A DNA stretch of 64,000 bases, taken from Desulfatiglandales bacterium. Lineage in GTDB: Bacteria > Desulfobacterota > DSM-4660 > Desulfatiglandales > Desulfatiglandaceae. Every line of letters starts with the position of its first letter. Position 1 is the stretch's first letter. The stretch is taken from the NCBI GenBank assembly GCA_963662465.1, contig OY759599.1:1696001-1760000 (forward strand), read 5' to 3'. Under the pieces are notes generated by a model that saw only the letters and a program-made list of their open reading frames with translations, was not told where the DNA came from and ran no database searches. Below are positions 10,426-21,498 of the stretch, piece by piece. The translations under genes were made by a program, and so were the position numbers.

Positions 10426-12346
10426 CAGGGTGAATTTATTCTTCCGAATTATCCAAATAAAATATAAAAGTTGCGCTACATTATGGACAGAAACCCTCGG
10501 ATGGTGTATATACTGTGACAGGCACCAAACCAATTCGGGGTTTAAATTCTTGAACGTTAAGCAAGTCCGCATTCAAATAGTCCGCCCGCTTGAAGAACAA
10601 CGCTTTCAGCATCTGATGCAGTCGCATCATTATTTGGGCGCTCTTCCCAAGATCAGCGAAACCCTCTGGTATACAGCTAGACTAAATAGTGAGTGGATTG
10701 CGCTTGTCAGTTTTTCTGCTCCCGCTTTGAAATGTACACCAAGGGACAGCTGGATCGGATGGAATTTTCGCCATCAATACGATCGACTGAAACTGGTAAC
10801 CAATAACAGTCGTTTTCTAATTTTGCCCGAATGGCATATTCCGAATCTCGCATCCCGTATCCTTTCATTATGTCGGAAGCGAATGCAGGCTGATTGGCAG
10901 GAGCGTTTCGGGCATCCGGTTGTACTCCTGGAAACCTTTGTGGACCCAAAGCAATTCCACGGAACCGTATATCGAGCGTCTAATTGGATATATGTTGGTA
11001 AAACAAAGGGTTTTCATCGAACTCGCCAAGGCTACAGCGATAAAGCGGATTCACCGAAAATGGTTTTTCTTAAACCATTGGTTTCCAATGTTCAAGCACT
11101 GTTATCCCGACCTGTTCTCAAAAAACCATATCTTACAGGAGGTTACAAAATCATGCTCAGTGCGGAACATATGAAATCTCTACCCGACTTTTTTGCTCAA
11201 ATTCCCGACCCGCGTCGATCCCAGGGACGACGTCACAGGCTCTCCACTGTTCTGGCCATTGCCACCGCCGCAACACTGTGCGGAATGCGCGGTTATCTGG
11301 CGATATCCGATTGGGTAAATGGTCTTGGACAAAAAGCCCTTGAGCGTTTCCGTTGCCGATATGAAAATAAGCGCTATGTAGCTCCCAGTCAGTCTACTAT
11401 CCGTGATGTTCTGGTTCGCGTTGACCCCACAGAACTCGACAAAGCTCTCCAGCGTTGGAATCTGCTTTACGGTGAACAGGACGAAAGCTTGGCCATCGAT
11501 GGAAAAACCATGTGTAATGCCATCGATGAACAAGGTTATCAGACTCACATCATGAGTGCTGTCGGCCATCAAACTAAGACCTGTTACACCCAAAAAAAGT
11601 CGGTTCTCTCCCTGTAGAAGGCAAAGACGAACTCAAGCGAACCAATGAAATCAAAACGGCTGCCCCTTTACTGGACGCGATCGATATCGAAGGCAAAGTC
11701 ATTTCAGCTGACGCACTGCTAACCCAAAGGACTTTTGCTAAATATTTGGTCGAGCAACGCAACGCCCATTACCATTTCATCGCCAAAAACAACCAGCCCA
11801 CATTACTTCAAGACATTTCCCTGTATTTTGAGGGCTGCAACGATCCTGATTTCATACAACACGATGCTCCCGATCATGGTCGCATCGAAGTGCGCAAAAT
11901 ATGGACGACTACCGAACTTAACCTATACCTGGATTTCCCGTATGTCGGCCAGGCTTTTATGATCCAGAGAGAAGTTACAAACAAGAAAACCGGTAAATGC
12001 ACAGTTGAGGTTGCTTACGGCATAACGAGTCAATCACCTGATCAGGCGAATCCCGAACGTGTACTTTCTATCAATCGCGGTCACTGGAGCATTGAAAACG
12101 AGTGCCATTACATCATCGACTGGAACTACGACGAAGATCGAAGCCGAATAAGAACCGGCAATGGTCCTGAAAACATGACCAGGCTGCGTAGATTCGCGGT
12201 GGGCGTCATTAAGGCGAAAGGCGTTCGCAGTGTAGCCCAGAAAATGCGCCAGCTCACGCAGAACGTAAGGGGTGTCTTCGACTATCTCAAGATGACCAAA
12301 AATTCAGTGCCCCAAGCGTGATACCTGTTAGAACAAATTTACCGTG
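10426..12346 (+). mobile_element. ISAs1-family IS, 1921 bp, copy 1 (no TSD)
   Basis: Imperfect TIRs CAGGGTGAATTTATTCT / CACGGTAAATTTGTTCT; near-identical to 55989-57909; flanks come from two different transposase genes. Confidence 0.93.
10550..12321 (+). CDS. DUF4338-like domain fused to ISAs1 transposase; -1 frameshift at A_AAA_AAG (11592-11599)
   Basis: HHYLG..NNSRFLILP..NLASRIL..LLETFVD..GTVYRASNW (DUF4338-like) in frame with IPDPRR..AIDGKT; -1 frame gives TNEI..DALLTQ..KNNQPTL..HGRIEVR..RGHWSIEN. Confidence 0.85.
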
Positions 12347-13653
12347 CCCGTCAAGGTCGCTGACAACATAAATCTCGTTTCCTTTCATGACAATTCGTCT
12401 CACGGTATGGTAGCCTTTGGATAGAACTTTCAGTCCATAATAGGGAAGGAAGTGCCCATCGATAAAAAACACCTCCGGGTTGATGAACCCCAACGATAGA
12501 AACAGGTTTGCGAAATAATCTATCAGGCTCTCTGAGGGCTTGAACTCGGCCATCTGTTTTAAACGCAACCGAATAGTGGTCTCATCGGGGGAACTGGTTC
12601 GTCCCAGCAAAAGCCCCATGTCCCTACTGTTGACCAGCTTATGGGATTCGATAGATGGCAACCCGATGTTCAACCCGAAAAGGACAGTTTCCATCACTTC
12701 ATAATTATCATACATATTATTGGAATAAGAAGGCAAATCAAAGGCATTTGGGAAGTTGATATGATCTAAAAACAGATGGTGAAGAAGCATGCCGGCAAAG
12801 ACATTGCGTTGTCCCTGTTGAAGATAATCCAGGAATACTTTATCTGTATCGGTTTGTGGCTTGGGTGTATCCTCATCAGCAAATTCATCTACCTTCTTTT
12901 TGAACTCAGAATCAGCCTCAAAGTTGAAAGAAAGCTGTCGCTCGTCGTGTTGCTTCAAATCAATACTATCCGCAATTTTAGCCAGTTGCTCCAAGTCATG
13001 CTTTGTAGGCTTTTCAGTTTCTGCATCTTGGTCCGCGGTTCTGATACGAGCTACAGCACTTCTCGAAATAGTCGTTTCAGTTTGCTTTTCCGCGGCATTT
13101 GCAATCTGCTGGTCAGTCCAGTCAGGATTCTCGCGGATAAGTTTTTTGATGGTTTTGCGAATGCTGCCAATATATTTCCAGGGAGCCTTGGGACCACGGT
13201 TGTCCTCAAATATGGCCTCAACACCTAAAAGTCTTTTGGTGCGAAGCAGTTTGCCAACCGTATTGCGGTGAAACCCACAGATTTTACCGGCAACCCGGTT
13301 TTTACAATAACCAAGCTCGACAAGTTGTACGGCAGCGAGTCTCCTATCATTTATCTTCCCAGGATCGAAACTGACGACAGGACGATACTCATGATAAACC
13401 GTAACAGTGATTTTTTCCTTCCAATCCCGCTCGGTCCATATGGATAGGTCGCTAATTTTTTCTGTTTTGACAATCATGGTCTGAAGATAATTTTTCAGTT
13501 TTCATTTGTCAATAAAAAAAAATTTTGCCCCACCTAATATTTTCAGCTAGTTACGCTGCACTAAAATCTGAAATGCACACGAAATTATGAGAAGCTCCAG
13601 TATAACGATTTCAAACAGTTAAGTTGCGTAAAGGTCATTTACCAGGAATTCTG
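12347..13653 (-). mobile_element. Left end and 5' part (ATG 13477) of unclassified transposase, truncated by ISAs1
   Basis: HTH-like N-terminus plus FFIDGHFLPYYG..KGYHTVRR motif; end CAGAATTCCTGGTAAATGACC; near-identical to 20650-21341. Confidence 0.8.
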
Positions 13654-14620
13654 AAGCCTACTAAGTCTTGATCCAAGCCTGAAACATTCTGGATGCACGG
13701 ATGGTTCGAGTGCGAGCGGTTCCGGGTACTCTGAATCGGATTTTTGTGCAGTTGGCCCTTCACCGAGTACCGCTTGCATAGATGGGGAGACCCCAAATAG
13801 CCCGGGGCTTGAATGTTATACGGGCTCTTCCCCAAAAGTAGGATGCAGCAACGGTCTGGGAAACACTGCTGAATATCCGTTCGACTGCACTTGCAGTGAT
13901 GGTGCGCTTGCCACCGGTTCGGGCGCGTGCGGTCAGGGGGCTGGTGCTTCTTAGTATCATCTTTTGTACCACAGTAAAACTTACAGTCCATACGTTTTTC
14001 ATGAAATGAGAATCTTATTCCGATTCTGCCTTGCCTATATCAATTTAGAAACACAAGCCAATGACGTACAGCGCCATCATTAGCATCTTTCTGCGCTGTA
14101 GCCTAATAGTTCGCAATAATAAAGCTAAAGAAAACGGGGCTCTATTCTGCAATGATCTTAACCCTTGGTTTGATCTTCAGTATGCCTTTGCTTGCGTGTG
14201 GTGAATAAATGTTGGTTGTCCCAGTTTGATCTGAAAATGAGGTATTCCATCCACCACTGATAGCGATGGATTTCGTTATATTCAAAGATAGAGATTCATA
14301 ATATGTACCTTTGGTGAGTTTTATTGTGCTACCGTCGCTTGCGCCATCAAGAGTGTTCTGAAAGGAGCCCCTAGAGGTACTTGAATTTCAGTAGTAGTTG
14401 GGGTCGTAGCAACAAGCTTATAGTGCCCACTGGCTCCGCTATTTCCTATACTCGCCGCTTAAAAAAGCAATGTCTTATCAACTTATCACATTATCACCTT
14501 TACATCGGATATCTGACGCCTTAGAATAAATTTGTGTCCATGTGATTTTGCGGGGGCTGGAAAGGTTCTGTTCAATAGCAAAAAACCAGCTAATTCTATC
14601 TTTCAGCGGAGGTTAACGCT

Positions 14621-17600
14621 ATGAAAATACTAAGAATAGTGGCGTTTATCGTGGCTTCCGGATGGTTGGGAACCTGCACTGCGGACGCGGCGACCCGTTT
14701 TATCTCAGGTTACCGGGATGGGATTTGGGTCTATGGGGTGATCGAACGGAACGACGTTCAGTACCGCACGGACCAGACCGGGGCGAGAACCAACCAGATC
14801 CTTTTTGATGAACTGTCGGCTGAAGACAAAATGAGGCTGGCCAAGACCTACAGCTGGATGACCCACCGTTTGGCCTCTCATTTTGGAAATGACGGCCGTG
14901 ACACCATCAACGCCTTTGTTAACGATCAAACGGGATGGTCAGCGCTGGTGGAGGCCCTTAAAAACAAACATGCCAAAAAAGAATATCCTGAATTGGCGGA
15001 AGCGTTTGGTCCCGACGTTACCCTGGACCTGCCCTCCATCAACGTGACTTGCTGGGATGTCATTAACAGCTCGACATACAGTGAATTCGTCCGTTTGAAA
15101 AATGAGATCAAGGACGATTTCGACATAGGCCGTCAAATTTATACCATGCTGGTCAATGCCAAATGGGATCAGGTCTCCATTGCCGTGAAAGGCCTGTCAG
15201 GACCCCTGATTCAGGTTATCGTGGATAATTTTATCACCGGGTTTGTTGTCCACGGCGCACACTATGTCAGTGATCTGTCTGCGGCTGTTCAAAGTTTCAA
15301 TAAAGATCTTCGAGCGTTCATCAAGGGACGTTTTTCAGAAGGCTCGGCACCGCCCAGCGCAGCAGACTTCATCGCAAAACTGGATGAGTATCTTGCAAAG
15401 ATGGAAGGTGCTTCCCTGACCGCCAAAGAACTTGTGAATAGAAAGAAAGCGCAGCTTCAGGCCTTGGCGGATCAGTTAGATCAGATGGAAGAAGACGCGC
15501 TTGAGGCCAGACGCGGTGCTGCTGAGGAAACAAGGACCACCCTGCAAGCGTTTACCGAGACATTGCCCGAACCGAATGTTCCCAACATCACCCCCGATCC
15601 AGTCCCAGAAAATGTGCCAGAGGAAGAACGGGAAGTTTGGATTTTCACGAACATGCACAATAAGGCCTACCCCATATGGCAATCAATTCTGGAGGATACC
15701 AATTCGGTTCAGGCGGATATCGAAAAGGAGCAAACCGAGCTTGTGAACCAGTACGGTTCCGTATCCGTTCCAAATTTGGGAGAGCCCTTCGAGTACTGCT
15801 ATGACGGTATGACCAGCGGGTTTGACGGCCGATACAGAAACGTGACTGTCACATTCGACACATTTGACCCATGGGACCTGGGGCCCGCGAGCACGGCCTG
15901 TAATCAGGCGCAATCCTTGTATGACGGCATTGATCGGGATTCGAGGGACCATATCGACAAGGCGATCCCGCGAATCGATCCCATTCACGCCAGGGCGCTT
16001 GGGATGGACCCCTATGCCAAGTATCTCGGCACAATCGATACGGAAGGCAACATCCAGCCCATGGATCCGCCCCCCGGTGAGCGATTCAAAAATACGGGAA
16101 TTCTGGATTTCGATACCATTATCGATATCATTGCAACGCCGGACCAGGAACTTGCAAAGACAATTGAGGACATTGATGACAGAAAGTCGATTCTGGATGC
16201 TGCGGATTCAAACATGGCTGATGGAATCGAACAGCGGATTGCCTGGGTCAAAGCACAGTATACGATCTATCTGGACTTGATATTCAATTTCGAAAACAGT
16301 CTCAGTTACGTGATCGCCGCCCTGAAACAAATCGACAGGCTTCACGAAGACCCCTATTTCAAGAAGGATAGTCCGTATGCCATTTATGATGGTGTAACCC
16401 TTTATACCTATGCCATCAACATCGACCATATTCTGGCTGAAATCGCCACCCTTGGAACCGATTCCGTTCGTCTGCAAAGCGCGAGGCAGGCGGCGCTGAA
16501 AAAACTTTTCGGACTCCATTCACAGGAACAGGCCCTGATTCAGAAACTGGCCATCGCTCAGGACAGTCATATCAATGATGCGCAGGCGCTCTTTGATTTC
16601 TATCGTGCCCTTGCGGCACAATACACAGATACCAGCAGCCTGTCCAAGGTATTTCAGGATGTGGAAGACATCACCGGTTTTGCCATGAAAACACAATATG
16701 ATGCCTGGAACGACCTGGTGCCGGACATTACCTATTATTATCTTGGGGATGATAACTGGATACGCACCCCCGAAAGCCTCGGCACAAGCGTTTTTGCCCG
16801 TGATATCTACGGTAATCCGTCCCCCTATGGTCGTATCACTGGAAAAACCGAGACCTATTTTTCAGTCTACGATCTGTATCATGATATGAAGACGGAGAAA
16901 GCATCCTTGCTGGCCTTATCCGAAACGGATTTCAACGCCTGGATGACCCAAACGACCATTGACCTGGATAAATATGAGAATCGCCTGCAAACGGAAGGGG
17001 TTTATGGACCTGGATGGCCCTGTTGGGAACTGCTCTATGCGGTGAACAATTTGCAAGAGTCCATCAACGGTGAATACCGGCATGGAACACCGCTTCCGCC
17101 CCCCTACTATCAGGTGCACGGCCAACTCAAAACCGAAGACGGGCTAGGCGTTGAAGACATCGACCTGATCATGGACGGGTATTACGGGGAAGACGGCAGT
17201 GGGGCCCATGTGACGTTTCAGGCGACAACCGGTGTAAGAGGGCATTTCCTGTTCGAATTCATTGGAACCGGAAACTATACCATCACCCCCTCCGATACGT
17301 CGGTGCGGCGCGGCATGGGATCTTCCGGCTTAAGGGAAATGCAATTTAATATCGAAACGACAGCCGTCGAGATGAGGGGGACGGATCTATCGGTCAATGT
17401 GGTTGCCACGCCCACCCCAGAATCCGGAAATTATGTCACCGGCTGGGTCAAAGACGCTCAGGGCAGCGGAACCGGCGGAAAAACAATGGTCCTGGAATCC
17501 CTGGAAACCGGGGATATCTCAAGCAAACTGACACTCGACGATGGGTTCTTCAGCTTCATGGGGTTGCCCGAAGGAACGTATAACCTTCGGCCTGTGGAGC

Positions 17601-17905
17601 AAGGCTTTCAATCCAACCCAAGCGACATGAACATCACCGTTCCCACCTCAAAGACGGGTCTGATATTTGTGATGTCCGATGGGCCGATTCAGTGTGCGGA
17701 GTGCAACGGTGAAAAGGTGACACTCACAAATGTCACCTTTTCACCGGGTGTCAATTGCGAGTGTTCCGCGGCGACATCCATCACATTTGAAACGAACGTA
17801 ACCATCGAGGATGGGGCCAATATCACATTCAAGGCACCGATTGTGAGGGTCAAAAGCAAATTCAATGCGAAGAAGGGATCCGTCGTCAATATAAAGCACC
17901 CATAG
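14621..17905 (+). CDS. Large secreted hypothetical protein (signal peptide, helical/coiled-coil core, two C-terminal carboxypeptidase-regulatory-like beta-sandwiches, Cys-containing C-terminal beta domain)
   Basis: 1094-aa ORF, GGAGG RBS, signal peptide ending ADA-A; TTGVRGHFLF..GNYTITP and DDGFFSF..LPEGTYNLRP repeats. Confidence 0.8.
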   Translation: MKILRIVAFIVASGWLGTCTADAATRFISGYRDGIWVYGVIERNDVQYRTDQTGARTNQILFDELSAEDKMRLAKTYSWMTHRLASHFGNDGRDTINAFVNDQTGWSALVEALKNKHAKKEYPELAEAFGPDVTLDLPSINVTCWDVINSSTYSEFVRLKNEIKDDFDIGRQIYTMLVNAKWDQVSIAVKGLSGPLIQVIVDNFITGFVVHGAHYVSDLSAAVQSFNKDLRAFIKGRFSEGSAPPSAADFIAKLDEYLAKMEGASLTAKELVNRKKAQLQALADQLDQMEEDALEARRGAAEETRTTLQAFTETLPEPNVPNITPDPVPENVPEEEREVWIFTNMHNKAYPIWQSILEDTNSVQADIEKEQTELVNQYGSVSVPNLGEPFEYCYDGMTSGFDGRYRNVTVTFDTFDPWDLGPASTACNQAQSLYDGIDRDSRDHIDKAIPRIDPIHARALGMDPYAKYLGTIDTEGNIQPMDPPPGERFKNTGILDFDTIIDIIATPDQELAKTIEDIDDRKSILDAADSNMADGIEQRIAWVKAQYTIYLDLIFNFENSLSYVIAALKQIDRLHEDPYFKKDSPYAIYDGVTLYTYAINIDHILAEIATLGTDSVRLQSARQAALKKLFGLHSQEQALIQKLAIAQDSHINDAQALFDFYRALAAQYTDTSSLSKVFQDVEDITGFAMKTQYDAWNDLVPDITYYYLGDDNWIRTPESLGTSVFARDIYGNPSPYGRITGKTETYFSVYDLYHDMKTEKASLLALSETDFNAWMTQTTIDLDKYENRLQTEGVYGPGWPCWELLYAVNNLQESINGEYRHGTPLPPPYYQVHGQLKTEDGLGVEDIDLIMDGYYGEDGSGAHVTFQATTGVRGHFLFEFIGTGNYTITPSDTSVRRGMGSSGLREMQFNIETTAVEMRGTDLSVNVVATPTPESGNYVTGWVKDAQGSGTGGKTMVLESLETGDISSKLTLDDGFFSFMGLPEGTYNLRPVEQGFQSNPSDMNITVPTSKTGLIFVMSDGPIQCAECNGEKVTLTNVTFSPGVNCECSAATSITFETNVTIEDGANITFKAPIVRVKSKFNAKKGSVVNIKHP

Positions 17906-18015
17906 GCTTCATGGTGTACCCTCAATATCTTGCAGGGTGTTGATGGACCATCCGCCTTCAGCCAGGTTGGCCGCAAGTAGGTGTTTCGTCCAATTCAGGG
18001 GCACCGTGAAACGCC

Positions 18016-18044
18016 TTGACGGCGGGTCCGGGTCCCCCTATACT
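18016..18044 (+). promoter_or_regulatory. Putative sigma70 promoter
   Basis: TTGACG-N17-TATACT upstream of 18098. Confidence 0.55.
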
Positions 18045-18097
18045 TTCTGAAAAAAGGCAGCCATTATGGCGCCAATCCACGATATCCCTTTTCCAGC

Positions 18098-18420
18098 ATG
18101 CCTTTGACCATGCGAGAATTCCGCCTTCGTCACCGGTCCCACATCATTGATGAGTGGGTAAACCGGCTCAAGACCAATGCTGGCCCGCTCTATGCCGCAA
18201 GACCCCGGGAGGAACTCTGGGAAAGCATTTACGAAGCATTTGAGGCAATGTCCATTTCCTGGCGGAAAACCGCATGGGCTCCATCAACCGGTTCATCGAT
18301 AAAATCTGCAAAATGCGCCTTGAGGCGGGTTTTTATCTGTCGGATGTACAGACCGCCTTTGAACTCTACCTGGAGATTGTGATTCCACTCATGGCCCTGG
18401 ATTTCAGCCGGGAGGATTTA
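18098..18420 (+). pseudogene. RsbRD N-terminal-domain-like protein, frameshifted and truncated
   Basis: IIDEWVNRLK..YAARPREEL in one frame, FIDKICKMRLEAGFYLSDVQTAF in another; joined to an IS91 fragment. Confidence 0.55.
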
Positions 18421-18663
18421 TATCGGTCCAAAGACGGCAAAGAGGAGAGAATCTTTGATGCTCTGGAGTGGCTGGCGGCCATGTGTTCTCACGTTCCAAA
18501 CAAAGGGCAATAGATGGTTCGTTACTTCGGTTTTTACATCAATGTCGCCAGGGGAAAACGGAAGATGAAGGATGAAGATGGGCTTATCCCTTCAATCCTT
18601 GAACCGAATGGATCGCCAAAAGAACATAAACGCAACTGGGCTCGCCTAATACATAAAATATAT

Positions 18664-19991
18664 CAGTAATTTCCGGTTAGGTTTTTGCATAAGAATTTGA
18701 AATTTTTTGGTTTTTAAAATTTTGCCCGTGACGTGGATCGGCCATGTGGCTATCAGCGATTCGAGTCTCATTCTGTATCTTGATGCGTAGCTCTCTGACC
18801 CGCTTTATGCTGACTCTTTCGTTGTGCTGCTCGCGACAATAGATGGCAAGCAGCAAATATGTGATCAGACCTGAAATGATTTGCACCATCAGGCCGTACT
18901 CACCCCTGGCAATCAGATGGTAGACTCTGAGATGGCGTTTCCACCAGCCAAAGAATATCTCGATATCCCATCTGAGTTTATAAATGAGAGCAATTTGCTC
19001 CGCTGGCAGATCATGGCGACTTGTGGCAACCCAGTATTTGATTTTGTTGACCGTGTATCCGACGACTCTGACTGGCTTTTGGGTCTGATTCGTTCCAGGA
19101 GTTCCCAAAATAACAACTGCGTCGCAGAAGATGTTGCTGTCGGGATCGATTTCATGGGCCTTCAGAATGGTTTTCTTTGTGCTGGCCTTGATGCGGCAAA
19201 CAAAATGCTTTTCCTCTTCTTGCCACTGATCGAACCGATCATGGGCCTGGTATCCACGATCGGTAACGCCGGTTTGCCCCGGAGAAAGGATCATGCTGAC
19301 AAAAGGACGCTCAGCGCCATTGCCATCGGAAAGGAATACCTTTCTTGGAATCCCTCGGTTTAAATCAAATCCGAAATGGACTTTGGCTTTTTTCGAACCT
19401 TTTCTGTAATCAGCCCAATGCATCGAAAGACATGCATCAATCAAGGAACCGTCGATACCAATGAGCTCCCCAAGATCAGGATATTCCATTGGTAGAACAG
19501 AAACAGCATTGGTTTGGAGGTTCTGGTAAACGTACATGAACTGCTCAAGCCCTCTGGAATTGATGGCCTCAGCAAAGCTGCTCTTTTTAATCCCTTGCTT
19601 GGGTGCGATGTTGTCACGGGCAAAGTCATTTTCTTCGAGGACCTGAAGAAGATGCTGAGCGGAAACGTGCTCTTCAAGATGGAAATAAACGAGAGCCTTG
19701 AGTTGATCATCAAAAGTCATTTTCAATGGTCTGTGGCCTTGCGCCTCCAAGGGAGGCATACCGACCTGGGCGCTTTGAACTGGCCGATATAATCGGTCAA
19801 AAGATGGAGCGTTTGTTTTAGCTTGACGGTCAATCGAGTAAGGCATTTTGTAACCTCCTGAAATCATTGAAGATTACAAAATTTTCGCCGCACACCTTAA
19901 TCGGAATGTCAAGCGAAAAATGAACTTAAGTCGCTGATTTAAAAAATTTTTTTAGACACCTCGCATGCAAAAACCTAACCGGAAATCACTG
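18664..19991 (-). mobile_element. IS4-family IS, 1328 bp, 9-bp TSD
   Basis: TIRs CAGTAATTTCCGGTTAGGTTTTTGCAT / ATGCAAAAACCTAACCGGAAATCACTG; AAAATATAT at 18655-18663 and 19992-20000. Confidence 0.95.
18677..19846 (-). CDS. IS4-family DDE transposase
   Basis: IGIDGS, DRGY, YKLRWDIEIFF (YREK-type motif); GGAGG RBS. Confidence 0.93.
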   Translation of the reverse strand: MPYSIDRQAKTNAPSFDRLYRPVQSAQVGMPPLEAQGHRPLKMTFDDQLKALVYFHLEEHVSAQHLLQVLEENDFARDNIAPKQGIKKSSFAEAINSRGLEQFMYVYQNLQTNAVSVLPMEYPDLGELIGIDGSLIDACLSMHWADYRKGSKKAKVHFGFDLNRGIPRKVFLSDGNGAERPFVSMILSPGQTGVTDRGYQAHDRFDQWQEEEKHFVCRIKASTKKTILKAHEIDPDSNIFCDAVVILGTPGTNQTQKPVRVVGYTVNKIKYWVATSRHDLPAEQIALIYKLRWDIEIFFGWWKRHLRVYHLIARGEYGLMVQIISGLITYLLLAIYCREQHNERVSIKRVRELRIKIQNETRIADSHMADPRHGQNFKNQKISNSYAKT

Positions 19992-20395
19992 AAAATATAT
20001 GAAATTAATCCCCTTTGCTGTCCCGGATGTTCAGGAAAAATGAAAGTCATCAGCATCATTGAACGTCCGGATGTCATAAAGAAGATATTGCGACACCTCG
20101 GGCTTTTGGACGGTAAGGCCAGGCCGCCGTCCAAGAACGTCGACCCGAAAACAAACATTGATACTTCAGATTCTCAGTTGCTTTCATGTGACGACTATTT
20201 TTAGCGTGATCCGGAATACCCCATCGAGGTTTATGCCTCGTAATTTTCAAAAAAAATCTGAGATTTTGATGCACCATTATGTCTGGAAAACCATGAAAAC
20301 TCCCTGTTTCTCCGCCGATTGAAGTATCCGTGATCCTCAAACAGTCCCTCTGTCGGCCATCTCCAGCCACCGCGTGCATCGCTCAAAACCAATAC

Positions 20396-20520
20396 GTAGA
20401 GTCGAGGATGGGCGCGGTAGCTTATAGCCCCGTTTCCCATCCCCGCTCATCAAACCATGCATGCGGATTCCCGCACACGGCTTTCCGATTGGATCCACCT
20501 CAAGGCACACGACGAGCGGC
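20396..20520 (-). ncRNA. Group II intron 3' remnant (domains V-VI)
   Basis: Minus strand AAGCCGTGTGCGGGAATCCGCATGCATGGTTTGATGAGCGGGG...CTCGACTCTAC matches the DV consensus and an AY 3' end. Confidence 0.85.
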
Positions 20521-20649
20521 TATATTATTAATGATCTTAGCACAAAACATCAAGTTCACCGACACCGCCCGCCTGACCGCAGGTGGGATATTCTTTACTA
20601 TCTTCAGCCATTGAAAACTTGGTATATGCTTTAATTACCTCTATATTTT

Positions 20650-21341
20650 CAGAGTTCCTGGTAAATGACCGTTGTACAACCTAACTGTTTGAAATCGTTA
20701 CACGGGAGATTCTCATAATTTCGTGTGCATTTCAGAATTTAGCTCAGCGTAACCTACTGAAAACATTGAATTGGATAAAATATATTTTTTCTTGACAAAT
20801 GAAAACTGAAAAATTATCTTCAGACCATGATTGTCAAAACAGAAAAAATCAGCGACCTATCCGTATGGACTGAGCGGGATTGGAAGGAAAAAATCACTGT
20901 TACGGTTTATCATGAGTATCGTCCTGTCGTTAGTTTCGATCCTGGGAAGATAAATGATAGGAGACTCGCTGCCGTACAACTTGTCGAGCTTGCTTATTGT
21001 AAAAACCGGCTTGCCGGCAAAATTTGTGGGTTTCACCGCAATACGGTTGGCAAACTGCTTCGCACCAAAAGGCTTTTAGGTGTTGAGGCCATATTTGAGG
21101 ACAACCGTGGTCCCAAAACTCCCTGGAAATATATTGGCAGCATCCGCAAAACCATCAAGAAACTCATCCGCGAGAATCCTGACTGGACTGACCAGCAGAT
21201 TGCAAATGCTGCGGAAAAGCAAACTGAAACGACTATTTCCAGAAGTGCTGTAGCTCGTATCAGAACCGCAGATCAAGATGCAGAAACTGAAAAGCCTACA
21301 AAGCATGACTTGGAGCAACTAGCTAAAATTGCGGATAGTAT
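20650..21341 (+). mobile_element. Left end and 5' part (ATG 20827) of unclassified transposase, truncated by IS200-like element
   Basis: Near-identical to the reverse complement of ~12965-13653; TTGACA-N17-TATCTT at 20792-20820 just before the ATG. Confidence 0.8.
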
Positions 21342-21498
21342 GTGTCCTTTCGGCAAACATGCACAGATGAAAAATAATTTTATTAAAAAGTAAACCACTA
21401 CCTCTGGTAGTGGAATAAAAAAAGGTTCTACCGGTGTATTGAATATGACGAGTATTATATGTCTTCCTGGAAGGTGCGAAACTAACAGGAGGCATATA

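Larger units (their letters stand above)
18421..20204 (+). pseudogene. IS91-family transposase C-terminal remnant interrupted by IS4
   Basis: YRSKDG..FDALEWLA..SHVPNKGQ*MVRYFG..NWARLIHKIY, then IS4, then EINPLCCPGCSGKMKVIS..KILRHLGL. Confidence 0.8.

Noticed and set aside
10283..10549. N-terminal extension of the ISAs1 ORF (also 57786-57953)
   Set aside because: Crosses the IS end into flanking DNA and differs between the two copies
13654..14620. Short ORFs and a TACAGCGC/GCGCTGTA inverted repeat (~14067-14100) as a possible attC
   Set aside because: No recognisable protein motifs; R boxes do not fit well
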